Part shown: positions 34,542-45,328 of the stretch, piece by piece
Numbering within the stretch: the stretch's first letter is position 1
How the letters are laid out: each line of letters starts with the position of its first letter
IMG/VR virus record: IMGVR_UViG_3300010160_000057
Coordinates: 1-54,197 of that record
From: a virus
Lineage: Duplodnaviria > Caudoviricetes
Length of the DNA: 54,197 bases
Reading direction: 5' to 3' (one strand)
The notes under the pieces: model-generated
Told to the model about the DNA's origin: nothing
Database searches by the model: none
The model's input: the letters and a program-made list of their open reading frames with translations, nothing else
Program-made: the position numbers and the translations under genes

Positions 34542-36977
34542 TTATCGAGGCTCAAACTCTGACAGGTCAAACCCGTCTAAACTGTCCTCGTTGGATTCAA
34601 AATTCAAAGGAGGAAGATTATTTTTTCTTTGGTCTATTAGTTTTGATTGCTCTGTATTTTGTTGGCTAATACGTTTAGCCTTAGCATCTTCTCTTTCTTG
34701 TTCACGCTTACTTAGTGTTTGCATTTCTAAGCCATTAAGATGTTGGTTGTATTGAAACTCCTCAGCCATTAAGTGAGATTTTAACTCAGCTTGAACCTGC
34801 ATTGTTTTAATATTATATTCAGTCTCCATTTGTTTTAACTGCATCTTAGTCTGCAATTCAGTCTGCATTTTTTGAATAGCCAACTGACCTGCCATCTCCT
34901 GAGATTTTAATTGCTGTTGAGCAATCATTGCTTGTTGCTGCATCTTCATTTGCTCCTCACGGTCTTGTTTCTTAATTCGCTTCATCTTCAACAATTGATT
35001 CGCAAGTTTAAGATTTCTAATCTCACGAATATCAATTGCATCTTCAAGGTTAATATCTCCTTTAGATAGAGCCATTTGAATATTAGCTTCAAGTTGTGCT
35101 TTTTGTTCTTCATCAGGTGCAATCTCGATAAAGATACCAAAGTCATAAATATAAAGGTCTGAAATATCTCCTAAAATAGATACATTGTATCTACCAATTT
35201 GGTTTATAAACTCGTCTTTAAAATCGGAGTATTCTAATATGTCTCCAATTCTATAAGTTAATGCTTCTGCCATTGAGCGATAAATATACAAACCACCATC
35301 AAGAATATGACGAGTAGCAGTATTTGAATTTAAAGCTGCTAATTTTTGTAAACCAACTAATGAATTAGGGTCAGGAGTAGAACCATCTCTTGCTTCATTT
35401 AAACCGGTTACAGTTCTAATCATATCCATATAATGATTATAATTAGCGATAAGCATTTGTGTTTTTCCTACACCTGTGTTAGAACTTAATTGTGTAATTG
35501 GAACTTTAGCATTATTGAAATCTCCATCTTGAGTAAAACTTCTACCAATAACAGAACCTGTTTGGAAATACAATCTCAAAGCATCTTCAGGATTGTAAGC
35601 CGCTCCATTACCTAGGTCAACTTCATTAAGACCATCAGCATCAATAAATACACCATCAGGTACAACACGATTAATTACTTGTTGTAATTTTAAATGCGTA
35701 ATTTGAATAAGGTCAGCAAATGGTATCATTCTGCGAACTAAAGACTCAATAGCTCCTTTATACATACGTGGTGCTGAGGCAATATAGTTTGGCAATGCGT
35801 GTTGTGATGCTGATTTTGGTCTAACCATATTCTCAGACAATCTCCATTGTAAAAGAATATTAGTACCCATAACCATAATACCTTCATACCATACATCAAT
35901 AGTTTTCTCTATTTTCTCAAAGTTTCCTTCTTCCATCATCTCTGTTGGAGGATTGAAAGTATCATCTTTTTGTATTACACGAGAACCACCATTATCAAGT
36001 ATTTTCTTTTTATATACAATCTTTTTAGTAGTCTTATAGTTAAAGTACATTAATGTACAAGTATCACGAGAGAATACGCTATTCTCATAAAACTGAGCTA
36101 CATTAAAATAATCGTACCAACTTTGGCTATATTGAGTTATTTCTTGTAAATCTTCTTTAGTTAAACTTTGGTCAATTTTCATCAACTCACTAATAGGAAG
36201 AGTTTTAATTTCACCCCAATAAAAACAATCTTTAAAGTAAGGGTCTTCAGTATAACTATACACTACATTAGCAGGGTCAACATAAGATATTTTAACACCT
36301 GTTCCTTGTAAAAACTCATGTTTTGCTATAGATATACCAAGTACAGTAGCGTCATAATCAAGTCTTTTTCTAATATCTTCGTAATGATTTTCGTCAAATA
36401 TAGTATTGATTGCCTCTTCTTCAGCTATCTCAATTGCAGGTTTGTAGTTAAGCTGCATGTATAAGTTTAATTCTTCGTCTGTCTCAGGAAGCTTATCAGG
36501 GTCCATTGTAAAAGCATTATATCCTGTTTCTTCTTTTATAGTTTTTAACACAGGTTTTGCAATCATTTGCCCTTCAATCATATTTTGGTATTTGCTTCTT
36601 TTAGATTGAGACATAGCATCTTGAGAATATGCTTTTACTTTAAACAATCTATCAGACATACCATTTACAACTATATCAACAAATTTAGGAATTATTGGAA
36701 CCGGAGTCCAATCTAAGTTTAAATACGATAAATCGCCATCAATAGCTAATTCATTCTTATATTTACCAACTGATTGTTCTCCTCTTGCGTATAGCCTAAG
36801 TCTATGAAATTCTCTCCATTGACCATAATATCTACAATTATTTCCATCCTTTCTAAACCATTCATATTGAATAGCTTGTCCAACTTGTAGTCCAAATTGC
36901 TCGGATGCTTTTTCCGCATCAGTAGCTAACTGACTTGGAAAGGCTGACGATGTAATATCTATTGTTACGTTTTTCAT
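34542..36977 (-). CDS. portal protein
   Basis: 811 aa directly after the terminase; PIIPKFVD, TGLNEARDG, Q-rich C-terminal barrel. Confidence 0.8.
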   Translation of the reverse strand: MKNVTIDITSSAFPSQLATDAEKASEQFGLQVGQAIQYEWFRKDGNNCRYYGQWREFHRLRLYARGEQSVGKYKNELAIDGDLSYLNLDWTPVPIIPKFVDIVVNGMSDRLFKVKAYSQDAMSQSKRSKYQNMIEGQMIAKPVLKTIKEETGYNAFTMDPDKLPETDEELNLYMQLNYKPAIEIAEEEAINTIFDENHYEDIRKRLDYDATVLGISIAKHEFLQGTGVKISYVDPANVVYSYTEDPYFKDCFYWGEIKTLPISELMKIDQSLTKEDLQEITQYSQSWYDYFNVAQFYENSVFSRDTCTLMYFNYKTTKKIVYKKKILDNGGSRVIQKDDTFNPPTEMMEEGNFEKIEKTIDVWYEGIMVMGTNILLQWRLSENMVRPKSASQHALPNYIASAPRMYKGAIESLVRRMIPFADLIQITHLKLQQVINRVVPDGVFIDADGLNEVDLGNGAAYNPEDALRLYFQTGSVIGRSFTQDGDFNNAKVPITQLSSNTGVGKTQMLIANYNHYMDMIRTVTGLNEARDGSTPDPNSLVGLQKLAALNSNTATRHILDGGLYIYRSMAEALTYRIGDILEYSDFKDEFINQIGRYNVSILGDISDLYIYDFGIFIEIAPDEEQKAQLEANIQMALSKGDINLEDAIDIREIRNLKLANQLLKMKRIKKQDREEQMKMQQQAMIAQQQLKSQEMAGQLAIQKMQTELQTKMQLKQMETEYNIKTMQVQAELKSHLMAEEFQYNQHLNGLEMQTLSKREQEREDAKAKRISQQNTEQSKLIDQRKNNLPPLNFESNEDSLDGFDLSEFEPR

Positions 36978-39268
36978 CTAATTAATTCACTTGTTGTTCC
37001 ATCATTCGAATACCTTGCGAAGTTAACAATAATTTTTGAATCTTTTTTCTCCGGCATATATAAATGCTTCTGATTAGCCATAATAGCTAATCCTGAGCTA
37101 ATAGATGCATCGAATTTAGTTCTATCGTTAATATCAAATTTAGCCCAATCTTCCAAAGTTCGTGTAAAAGGCATTGTGCCCATACTATCACTCTCTCTGT
37201 ACGTTGACGTAAAATCAATCCCTACATATTTTTCAATGTAAGACTCGATTGCAGAAGCGTGTGCTTGTTTCACATCTTCTGAAGAGTTTGGTATTCCTCC
37301 AAGCTCTCTTTCAGTTTTTGTTAATTTATTATATTGTTTATCAGGTCTATTTAAACAGTACCCTCTATATCCTCTATTTTTAAAATGGTATAATAACCTT
37401 GGCTTATTATTCTCTATTAATATTGGCATACCATAAAAAACACAAGCCATTAATACTTCTTCAAAAAATATCTCAGCCGTTTGCGGTCTTGCTATGTATT
37501 CTAAAAAAAATTCATTACTTGGGGCTTCATCCATATTAAACTTAGTAAGCCCATGCAAAGAACCATTAGAACCTCTTCCTCCAACTACTGCTGATATATC
37601 ATAGGAGTCACACCCAAAAGAACCTATATGTTCATTTCCGGGTTGTCTCATTCCGTTTCTAAAATAATGATTATTTTGTAAATGTTTTGCAGGTGTCCAA
37701 CTAACCGAGAACCTACCTCTTGTATCGGGAGTAAATATAACCTCAGTATCTTTCATACCGTCTCTCCAATGAAATGAACCACGGGTAACAAAATGTTCTT
37801 TTATAAGGCTGTCATTGTAATCAATCTGTTGGTATATTTTTGTAAGATTAAACAAAGATTGTTTACTTTCATCTCTAAATGCGTGTGATTCCGTTCTTGG
37901 AAACTGACGATAAAATTCATTTAACGCATCAGCATCGCTTTTAAGTGAATCAACCTCAGCTTCCCAATAGTCAATAGCACCGTTTTTAATCATCATTCCA
38001 TCAACACCTTTAATAGGTTCTTCAGGCTTACGAAATACAGGCATACCATACAAGTCTATAAATCCCTCCATATTCCATTCCATAGGAATAAATAATGCAT
38101 ATAGACCGCTTTTAGTTTGACCATTCGCATTACGAGTAGTAACTACCGAATCTTCAAACATATCTTTATAGTTCTGTCCTCCTTTAGATAATGCATTTGA
38201 GGTTGAACCCATCATACACTTTCCAATAATTTTAGAACCTAATCTCAAACAAGTTTTAGTTACTCGCCAATTCTCCTTAATGTTATTTGGCTTAGTCCAC
38301 TTACCGCTCTCATCATGTGCTAAGAATAAAAGTTTTTCCCCATCATAAGAGTTATCTTCTGTATTCTTCCAATCTATTGACGTATCTAAGCCTTCTATAA
38401 TTTCAGCCTCAGTATCGTACATATTCTTCTTTGTAATCTTAGATGCAGGTACACGGAAAGCCAACTCTGTCTTTGGTTTATCCATACCATCCATAATAGG
38501 TTTAAAGAAGAAAGGTAATCTACTATTAATAGGAACCACTTTATCGGTAAACATTTTCTTAGCATCGGCTCCTGTCTTAGATAAAATACCAATACGAGAA
38601 TCTCTTGCAAGAGTTCCTATATTAACACACTCAGATGACGACATAAAGGAGAATCCTGAACGTCTAATCTTTAAGTATATCATTCCAAAACTTCTTGTGT
38701 CTGCTTTACAAGCTTCCCAAAAAATCCAATAGATTCTATTTGCTTCACGAAAGTCAGGATAACCAACATCAATACTTGACCATTGCAGATACATATAATG
38801 AGAACCCGTGATATAAGTAGGAACTCCATTGTTCATAAACCAATATCCTTTTTCTCTGTAATCAAATTCTTGTTCAATATAATCTACCCATCTGTTTTTA
38901 AACTCAGAAGGCATCTCATTCCATTGAAAAATTGATTGTATTCTTGAGAGTTGTTTAGGCATTGGCTCTCTCTCCCAATATTGCTCTGCTTTAGAAGAAC
39001 TTCTTTTAGGACATTCTTTTGGAGCTTTAGGTAATGCAATATAAAGACCTGAGATATTAACTATTTCTCCTATCTCTCCTGTCTTTGATATTACTATAAC
39101 ATCATACTGTTCATTATAACCATATAACCAAGACTTATTTCCATTTTTTTTAGAAATAACTCCTGATGATATATAGTCTTTAACTACATTGTATATATTA
39201 TTTTGACCTTCTTTCTGCAAATCCTTGTTTTGTATCAGTTTTACTTCCTCCTTTTTCAGATATTTCAA
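36974..39268 (-). CDS. terL: terminase large subunit (start codon uncertain)
   Basis: KIRRSGFS Walker A-like, LAHDESGK Walker B, MGST coupling motif, GCDSYD nuclease motif. Confidence 0.85.
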   Translation of the reverse strand: MKYLKKEEVKLIQNKDLQKEGQNNIYNVVKDYISSGVISKKNGNKSWLYGYNEQYDVIVISKTGEIGEIVNISGLYIALPKAPKECPKRSSSKAEQYWEREPMPKQLSRIQSIFQWNEMPSEFKNRWVDYIEQEFDYREKGYWFMNNGVPTYITGSHYMYLQWSSIDVGYPDFREANRIYWIFWEACKADTRSFGMIYLKIRRSGFSFMSSSECVNIGTLARDSRIGILSKTGADAKKMFTDKVVPINSRLPFFFKPIMDGMDKPKTELAFRVPASKITKKNMYDTEAEIIEGLDTSIDWKNTEDNSYDGEKLLFLAHDESGKWTKPNNIKENWRVTKTCLRLGSKIIGKCMMGSTSNALSKGGQNYKDMFEDSVVTTRNANGQTKSGLYALFIPMEWNMEGFIDLYGMPVFRKPEEPIKGVDGMMIKNGAIDYWEAEVDSLKSDADALNEFYRQFPRTESHAFRDESKQSLFNLTKIYQQIDYNDSLIKEHFVTRGSFHWRDGMKDTEVIFTPDTRGRFSVSWTPAKHLQNNHYFRNGMRQPGNEHIGSFGCDSYDISAVVGGRGSNGSLHGLTKFNMDEAPSNEFFLEYIARPQTAEIFFEEVLMACVFYGMPILIENNKPRLLYHFKNRGYRGYCLNRPDKQYNKLTKTERELGGIPNSSEDVKQAHASAIESYIEKYVGIDFTSTYRESDSMGTMPFTRTLEDWAKFDINDRTKFDASISSGLAIMANQKHLYMPEKKDSKIIVNFARYSNDGTTSELIR

Positions 39269-39482
39269 TACTTTCTTTTTCAGATTCTATTCTATTTAGA
39301 ATCTCAAATGCATCAAAAATAGCTAACTTTTTTGTTGCTGCTGCATTTTTTAATTTATCAGCCGCTAAATCATCTCCTTCCATATCAGGATTTAAGATTG
39401 ATTCTTCTGCAACTTTAATAAGTTCTGTTACTGCTCTGTAACCGGCAGAAATAATTTTTAATTTTACTTCTTTATTTGTCAT
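39198..39482 (-). CDS. putative terminase small subunit
   Basis: Small helical protein immediately upstream of terL. Confidence 0.5.
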   Translation of the reverse strand: MTNKEVKLKIISAGYRAVTELIKVAEESILNPDMEGDDLAADKLKNAAATKKLAIFDAFEILNRIESEKESIEISEKGGSKTDTKQGFAERRSK

Positions 39483-40042
39483 AACTTAATCGTTATTTGG
39501 TGGTCATACATACGATATAGTTTCTCTCCATCTACGGTAAACTCATATTCACTATCGGGAGAAAAACAAACGTAATCATCTTTTTTAACTCCTTGACTTA
39601 ATAAGTATTCATTTGGATAAACCATTTGACCCATTAAAGGTTCTTCTGAAAAAGGTTTTTTAATATACGATTCAATTGCAGGAATTGGTCTAACAAAACA
39701 ATACCTATCGTAAGAATACCAAGTATCTCCTTTTTTATACATAAAAAATTGTTCTGTTTCTATAAAGAATAAATCATCTTTAAAAAAGCTCTTTCCGCTT
39801 TTTTGACGACCTCTCATATCATTATAAAATTTAAATGCATTGTGATGCACAAGAAGAGTGTCTCCTATTGATATAGGACCATCATAGCCAACGGGTAATT
39901 CAATAACTTCTGCAAATCTATTAGAAAACTTATGGTCTTCTTCAGAGGTACTAACTATAAATTCAATACCTCCTATATTTCTTGTGTTATCGTATCTTTT
40001 CCCATTTATAGGCTTTGCTATAAAGTAGAATGGTGATTTCAT
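39479..40042 (-). CDS. GroES-like protein (two tandem GroES-like domains)
   Basis: FIAKP...AEVIELP...IGDTLL, then FVRP...GQMVY...GVKKDDYVCF....EYEF.VDGEKLY.M....I. Confidence 0.55.
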   Translation of the reverse strand: MKSPFYFIAKPINGKRYDNTRNIGGIEFIVSTSEEDHKFSNRFAEVIELPVGYDGPISIGDTLLVHHNAFKFYNDMRGRQKSGKSFFKDDLFFIETEQFFMYKKGDTWYSYDRYCFVRPIPAIESYIKKPFSEEPLMGQMVYPNEYLLSQGVKKDDYVCFSPDSEYEFTVDGEKLYRMYDHQITIKL

Positions 40043-40269
40043 TAAAAATCTATATTAAATTCGATTGAAATTGGAACCGTAAAGGTAAACTCTTTCCACA
40101 AGACTACCTCATCTTTTTTATTAATTATGTAAATTAATATTGATTTAGTATCAGTATTGTATTTAATTAGGTGAATTTCATTGGAATCACCAAGTATTTT
40201 TTGACCTACTAAGTAATGCATGGCACCACTTTTATAATCAGGTCCGATTGATATTTTTCTTATATCCAT
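40042..40269 (-). CDS. hypothetical protein
   Basis: ORF track; coupled. Confidence 0.65.
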   Translation of the reverse strand: MDIRKISIGPDYKSGAMHYLVGQKILGDSNEIHLIKYNTDTKSILIYIINKKDEVVLWKEFTFTVPISIEFNIDF

Positions 40270-40292
40270 TTGATTTAATTTATTTATTATTA

Positions 40293-42209
40293 CTATCCTA
40301 CACCAAGAGAACTTAATGACCTCCTTAAATTATTAAATATCCAATTTGTATTACCACCACCATCTACAGAACCACCAATTGCATACCAATTATTAGCTTG
40401 TAAGGCATTAGATGCTTGAATATAACAATTTTGAACCACTACTATTCCCAAATTAAGTTTATTTAAAAGAAAATTACCTCCGCTAGTCTGATATAAAAGA
40501 GTCTGATTAACTGAATTACCAACTTGAAAAGTATCATAAATATTAACAGTTTGACCCGAGCTAAATACTATCTGATGATTACCTCCGGGAGTTTGTGTTA
40601 AATCTATAAAATTATAAAAAGTTGATGTACCTGAAATATTAGTTATTGGATTAATAGCAGATGCTGATGACCTATTTATTTTTAAAGTATAATAAGTATT
40701 AGCAGCTCCGCATACAAATCCAACTGTATTACTAAATGAGTCTGTTATAACTATTGTAGAAGTTCCACTATTAAGAGTTAAATTTGTTGTTACGTTAGTA
40801 TTCCAAATATTACCTGTATTACCTGTGAGATTTATAGTTGCGTTATTAAGATTAATCGTTCTAACATTACTATTTGAAGAAGTAAAGGAAAAAATAGTAC
40901 TTGTTGAGTTTGACGTAAAAGTTAAATTTCCTGAACTATGATTTAATACCCCTGATAATGTTGTATCACCTAAAGTTACATCTCCTAAAGTAAATGTCAT
41001 TGCAGGTGCAGTAACAGAATTAAAACTTACAGGTATTAACGTACTTCCATTTGTTGAGTTTACAACTATAGCACCTCCAACATTAATACCATTTTGAAAT
41101 GTAACAGAAGCGGCTGAAGATATAGTTGTTCCTGTTGCTACTGAATAAGTAGAAATATAATCACCAACTACAGTTAATGTGGTGTTGTATAAATTTTGGT
41201 CGTTGACATTTAATATACCTGTGAATGTTTTTCCAAATGTGGTGAATACATAGTTTGTATTTGGATTACCTGAATAACTTGAAAAGGTTAAGGTACCTGT
41301 TGTTGTTACAGTCATTGCGGCACACATAGTGACACTTCCATAAACTGTTACAGCATTTACAGACGATAAATTTATAGTGCTGCCTGTTACAAATGTGATA
41401 CTACTAAAAACACATACTCCAAAAAGTAACGTGCCTGCTAATTTACTTACATAAAGATTAGGGGCAATAATAGCAGTAGATGCAGCGCTTATTGTTGTAG
41501 CACTTGCTCCTGAACCCTGTAAATATAAATTAGTGCAAGATACAGCGTTATTTAAAGTTATAGATTTAGTAGTCGCTGTTGTGTTTGTTAGATATATATT
41601 TGTAGCAGTCCAAGTTAAACCTGTTTGATTTGCTAATCCTATTGATAAAGTTATTCCTGAACCTGATAGATATAAATTAGTAAAATTAAATACTCTAGTA
41701 TTTGTATTTGCACTTCCAAAAATACCTGCAGAAATGCTTGTTCCGCTAATATTACCTGCTGTTAATGTAAATGTACCTGTACAAGTAAAAAAATCATTAA
41801 AAACAAAACTACCTGTTGTAGTATTTATTGTTACTGCTCCTGAATGAGTTTTACCATTAGCAAGTATTACACCATTAACTGCTGCTCCTGATATTGTAAT
41901 AGTTCCTGTATAACTATGAGTACCTCCTAAGCTTAATACAGTTGCTCCTGTTAATGCTAAACTAACAATGTTTAATGCCGAAGCTCCTGCAAGTGTTCCT
42001 GTAAAAGTAGAAGTATTTAAACTTGAGCAAGTTGATGTAGCTGCAATAGTTAAAGTACCACTTCCTGAAGCAGCATTAACAATAGCATCATCAGTAGCAG
42101 TAGGCACTCCAAGAACAATTCCTGTACCACCTGAGCCACTATACCAATTTCCTGCTACAGACCAATTGGCACTACCATTACCTGCTACATACCAATACTT
42201 TGCAGCCAT
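40293..42209 (-). CDS. beta-helix-like tail spike/receptor-binding protein
   Basis: T/S/N/G-rich beta-strand repeats; W..AGNW...G...VPT..DD N-terminus. Confidence 0.6.
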   Translation of the reverse strand: MAAKYWYVAGNGSANWSVAGNWYSGSGGTGIVLGVPTATDDAIVNAASGSGTLTIAATSTCSSLNTSTFTGTLAGASALNIVSLALTGATVLSLGGTHSYTGTITISGAAVNGVILANGKTHSGAVTINTTTGSFVFNDFFTCTGTFTLTAGNISGTSISAGIFGSANTNTRVFNFTNLYLSGSGITLSIGLANQTGLTWTATNIYLTNTTATTKSITLNNAVSCTNLYLQGSGASATTISAASTAIIAPNLYVSKLAGTLLFGVCVFSSITFVTGSTINLSSVNAVTVYGSVTMCAAMTVTTTGTLTFSSYSGNPNTNYVFTTFGKTFTGILNVNDQNLYNTTLTVVGDYISTYSVATGTTISSAASVTFQNGINVGGAIVVNSTNGSTLIPVSFNSVTAPAMTFTLGDVTLGDTTLSGVLNHSSGNLTFTSNSTSTIFSFTSSNSNVRTINLNNATINLTGNTGNIWNTNVTTNLTLNSGTSTIVITDSFSNTVGFVCGAANTYYTLKINRSSASAINPITNISGTSTFYNFIDLTQTPGGNHQIVFSSGQTVNIYDTFQVGNSVNQTLLYQTSGGNFLLNKLNLGIVVVQNCYIQASNALQANNWYAIGGSVDGGGNTNWIFNNLRRSLSSLGVG

Positions 42210-42213
42210 TTAA

Positions 42214-42462
42214 TTATATTGTTTTTAAATTCAATTGCTCTAATACATAATTTTGTATTACAGAATCATCAACTCCCCATTCTGAAACTATACTATTTGG
42301 TATTACCATAGAACCACTGAATGAATTTGAATCACCAATTAGTTTCCAAAATACTTCAACTGTATCAGGAAATAATGGGAAAGCATTAATTGTTATTTCT
42401 ATAGATTTTGCATCCCAATTCAATGGGTATGTAATTACGTTTGTAGGTTGTAAGTTTGCCAT
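42214..42462 (-). CDS. small tail-fibre-associated protein
   Basis: EWGVDDSVIQNYVLEQLNL; in the fibre cluster. Confidence 0.5.
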   Translation of the reverse strand: MANLQPTNVITYPLNWDAKSIEITINAFPLFPDTVEVFWKLIGDSNSFSGSMVIPNSIVSEWGVDDSVIQNYVLEQLNLKTI

Positions 42463-42466
42463 GATG

Positions 42467-42817
42467 TTATTTATAAAATATGTTAATTGTTAAATCATTT
42501 ACAGAAACACTTGAAGTGTCAGATTCAGGTATTCCTGTTACTGTTGTTATTGAAATTCCTGTTGTGAAAGATATTCCGTCAGGAAAAGATACGTTTGCAG
42601 CTGATAGTGGAGGTATTACTAAAGCCATTACCACTCCTGAACCTGCTGTTGGTGTTGTAGCAATATTATGAAAAGCAACTTTTCTTGCGGATGTTGCATT
42701 ATTATAAATGTACCATCCATTGACAGTTCCTGCACTTGATTTAATAACAGTAGGATTAGTACCGCTTGCAGATACTAAGTCAAAATAAGACGAGGGTGAG
42801 ACAGGTGTATATGCCAT
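42467..42817 (-). CDS. small beta-rich virion protein
   Basis: Start moved to MAYTPV at 42817; IKSSAG.V.G...N, GISF.TGI. Confidence 0.55.
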   Translation of the reverse strand: MAYTPVSPSSYFDLVSASGTNPTVIKSSAGTVNGWYIYNNATSARKVAFHNIATTPTAGSGVVMALVIPPLSAANVSFPDGISFTTGISITTVTGIPESDTSSVSVNDLTINIFYK

Positions 42818-42819
42818 AA

Positions 42820-44412
42820 TTATATAATATTCCAATTAGCACCATCGCTAATTATTGTTAATGATAAATATTGAACTTTTATAGGAGCCGTTAAGCTTCC
42901 ATCTATTGTTTGAGATGAGGTAGTATTAATAGTTATAACACCCGTACCTACATTCTTTATTGTATATAAATTTTGATTACCTACGGCTGTTGGTAATGTT
43001 ATATTTATTGTACCTGATGCTAAATAAACATAATCTGTACTTGAAGCGCTACCTGCTGATGTATTTGTAGATACAATATTTATAGATTTACCTGATGCCG
43101 ATATTGTCCAACTTCTATCAGCAGTTAAATCATAAGTAGTTCCATTTATAGTTAATGTTCTTGCATTTGTTACAGGAGTATATCCTAATGCAGTTGTAAC
43201 TTGTCCACTTGTTATACCTGTTAAATATGTATTAGTATCTAAAGAAAAAACACCTGATGCTGTCATCTTAACAAACGATGTAGAAATATAAGTTAATCCA
43301 CTTAATGATGTTAAGTTTGTTGCTAATGGCTGCCCTCCTAATCCACTAAGTGTATATGTAGGTACATTTAATACTCCTGCTATTAAAGTTGAAGCACCTG
43401 ATGAACCTGTTGTAGTTAGTGAAGCAAATGGAGATGAGGCAGGAGTTGGTATGTTTAATACATTAGCAACTAATGTAGCCGCTCCTGTTCCTGTTGTTGT
43501 TAAACTTGTTATTCTATTTGTATATGCGGTATTCCAATTTGCTGCTGATGCTATTCTACTATCTGCTAATGTACCTGTCCAACCTAATGTCAATGACACT
43601 GCTTGTAGTAATGAAGTAGCAGGTGTTCCTCCTAAAGTTAATGTTACATTAGTATCATCTACCCTTGTCAATGCTGCAGCTGTTGGTGATGCTGAATCAA
43701 TCCAATCAGTACCTGTTACAGTAGAAGACAAAACTTGACCTGCCGTTCCCGGTGAATTATTTGAATCATAAATAGCACCTGTTATACGTGCATTAGAAGC
43801 ATTTATATCTCCTATTAAAGTTATACTATTAGTAGCTGTATTTCCTACTAACAACACATCATTTAATCCCGGTGTGTAAACAATTGAGTTATTTACCCAT
43901 CTTATACCTGATACTGTTTTTTGAAGTATTTGACCTGTTGTGCCAATACTTGCAGTGTCATCTTGTATGTTCCCCGGTATTATTTTTGTTGATGTAATAT
44001 TACCAATAAGAGTAATATTTTGCGTTGCTGTATTACCTGCATTAAGAACATCTTGAAGATTATCTACAGGTAAATTTACCCAATTAATACCTGTTGTATT
44101 TTTACTAAGATATTGAAAAGTAGTACCTTGACTTCCAAGAGAATCCTCAATATTATTAGGTTTAATTAACGTAACATCAATAGTTCCTGTTAATGTAATA
44201 TTTTGAGTAGCAGCATTTCCTGTGTTAAGTACAGCTTGCAAAGATGCAGCAGGAAAGTTAGCAGAGAATAATTGCAACAACTCCGATAACGAAAAGTTTT
44301 TTGTCGCTAACGGAGTTGAGGTAGGTGGAGTCCTAATAGCTTCTGTACCTATCAGCCTATCGCTTAATAATAAGGGGGTATCCGCTGAAGGATAAGTAGA
44401 TATTTTAGACAT
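42820..44412 (-). CDS. tail fibre protein
   Basis: Three L..VL..GN.AT repeats, two SLTTTG..GA.TL...VLN.P repeats, RTLTING..YDLTADRSWT. Confidence 0.75.
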   Translation of the reverse strand: MSKISTYPSADTPLLLSDRLIGTEAIRTPPTSTPLATKNFSLSELLQLFSANFPAASLQAVLNTGNAATQNITLTGTIDVTLIKPNNIEDSLGSQGTTFQYLSKNTTGINWVNLPVDNLQDVLNAGNTATQNITLIGNITSTKIIPGNIQDDTASIGTTGQILQKTVSGIRWVNNSIVYTPGLNDVLLVGNTATNSITLIGDINASNARITGAIYDSNNSPGTAGQVLSSTVTGTDWIDSASPTAAALTRVDDTNVTLTLGGTPATSLLQAVSLTLGWTGTLADSRIASAANWNTAYTNRITSLTTTGTGAATLVANVLNIPTPASSPFASLTTTGSSGASTLIAGVLNVPTYTLSGLGGQPLATNLTSLSGLTYISTSFVKMTASGVFSLDTNTYLTGITSGQVTTALGYTPVTNARTLTINGTTYDLTADRSWTISASGKSINIVSTNTSAGSASSTDYVYLASGTINITLPTAVGNQNLYTIKNVGTGVITINTTSSQTIDGSLTAPIKVQYLSLTIISDGANWNII

Positions 44413-44430
44413 TTTATTTTACATTAATTA

Positions 44431-44694
44431 TTAAACAACAATTCTTACTTCTCCCGTAGATGTCTTGTAAATTGAATTTACAGCAAGACCACCTGAAATA
44501 GCAGCGGCATTATTTGCATAAGTAGGAAGAATACTATCTACCACAGTAACAAAATCACCCGTAGTAGTAGCAAGAGTAAGAACATCTGATACAACGAAGT
44601 TTTGAGTTGAATTGCTATTATTCACATCTGTTCCTAATAAAAAATCATCCAATGAAGGAGGAGGAGTATCAGCATACGTACTAATCTTAGCCAT
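44431..44694 (-). CDS. short tail-fibre-related protein
   Basis: N-terminus MAKISTY...D.LLGTD parallels the fibre's MSKISTY...D.LIGTE; YANNAAA..GGL. Confidence 0.6.
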   Translation of the reverse strand: MAKISTYADTPPPSLDDFLLGTDVNNSNSTQNFVVSDVLTLATTTGDFVTVVDSILPTYANNAAAISGGLAVNSIYKTSTGEVRIVV

Positions 44695-44700
44695 TTTATT

Positions 44701-45042
44701 TTAGTTTAAAGTTAATAAGTATAAAATCTTATCTATTAATCCAATCATCTCATCTATAATGTTTTGTAACTCTGATGGATAATTATTTCTTTCAGTATCT
44801 AAAGTTGAACGCAATTCTTTTAAATGAGTAGTAGCGTCTGTATTTTTTGATTCAGGTATAACTATTTCAACTCTTTTGTTTCTACCAAAGTATGCCTCAG
44901 TAAAAGTATCAGTTAAATCAAGAATACCATCGTAATAAGCGTTTAATGCTTTGTGCTCTGCAAACGATGTTGTTTGTAGATGAGCGATGTGCATTGCATC
45001 TCTTGATTGGAATAATGTTCCTATTAATTTACCCGGTGTCAT
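44701..45042 (-). CDS. ferritin/Dps-like four-helix protein (DUF5856-like)
   Basis: HIAHLQT.SFAEHKAL..YYD...D...E, LQNIIDEM. Confidence 0.65.
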   Translation of the reverse strand: MTPGKLIGTLFQSRDAMHIAHLQTTSFAEHKALNAYYDGILDLTDTFTEAYFGRNKRVEIVIPESKNTDATTHLKELRSTLDTERNNYPSELQNIIDEMIGLIDKILYLLTLN

Positions 45043-45044
45043 AA

Positions 45045-45281
45045 TTAGTCTTGTTTTTGAGTTACTTCTCCTGTTTGAATATTGATGACTGCATCTGCAC
45101 CATATTTATCAATCAATAATTTTTCATGTGCTGCAAATTCTACCTTTAATTCCTCAATATGACGTATGATGTTACTTTTTTGTAATTCAACATCTCCAAT
45201 AGCCATTTTTGCTTTATTAAACTCTGAGTTTAATTCTTGAATTTTTGTTAATTCTTCTTGTGTTACTTGTGCGTTTGCCAT
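45045..45281 (-). CDS. small coiled-coil protein
   Basis: EELTKIQEL...KYG....INIQTGE. Confidence 0.6.
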   Translation of the reverse strand: MANAQVTQEELTKIQELNSEFNKAKMAIGDVELQKSNIIRHIEELKVEFAAHEKLLIDKYGADAVINIQTGEVTQKQD

Positions 45282-45314
45282 TTTAATTTGATTTTTATTT
45301 AATTATTAATTCTA

Positions 45315-45322
45315 CAAAGATA
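45315..45322 (-). promoter_or_regulatory. -7 promoter element TATCTTTG
   Basis: CAAAGATA upstream of the ATG at 45281. Confidence 0.6.
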
Positions 45323-45328
45323 TAATTT

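Noticed and set aside
44300-44694. ADTP and STPLAT in tail-fibre N-termini resembling the RPDTPLA tag
   Set aside because: Only 3-4 residues match, without the basic residue or the second TP; likely coincidence
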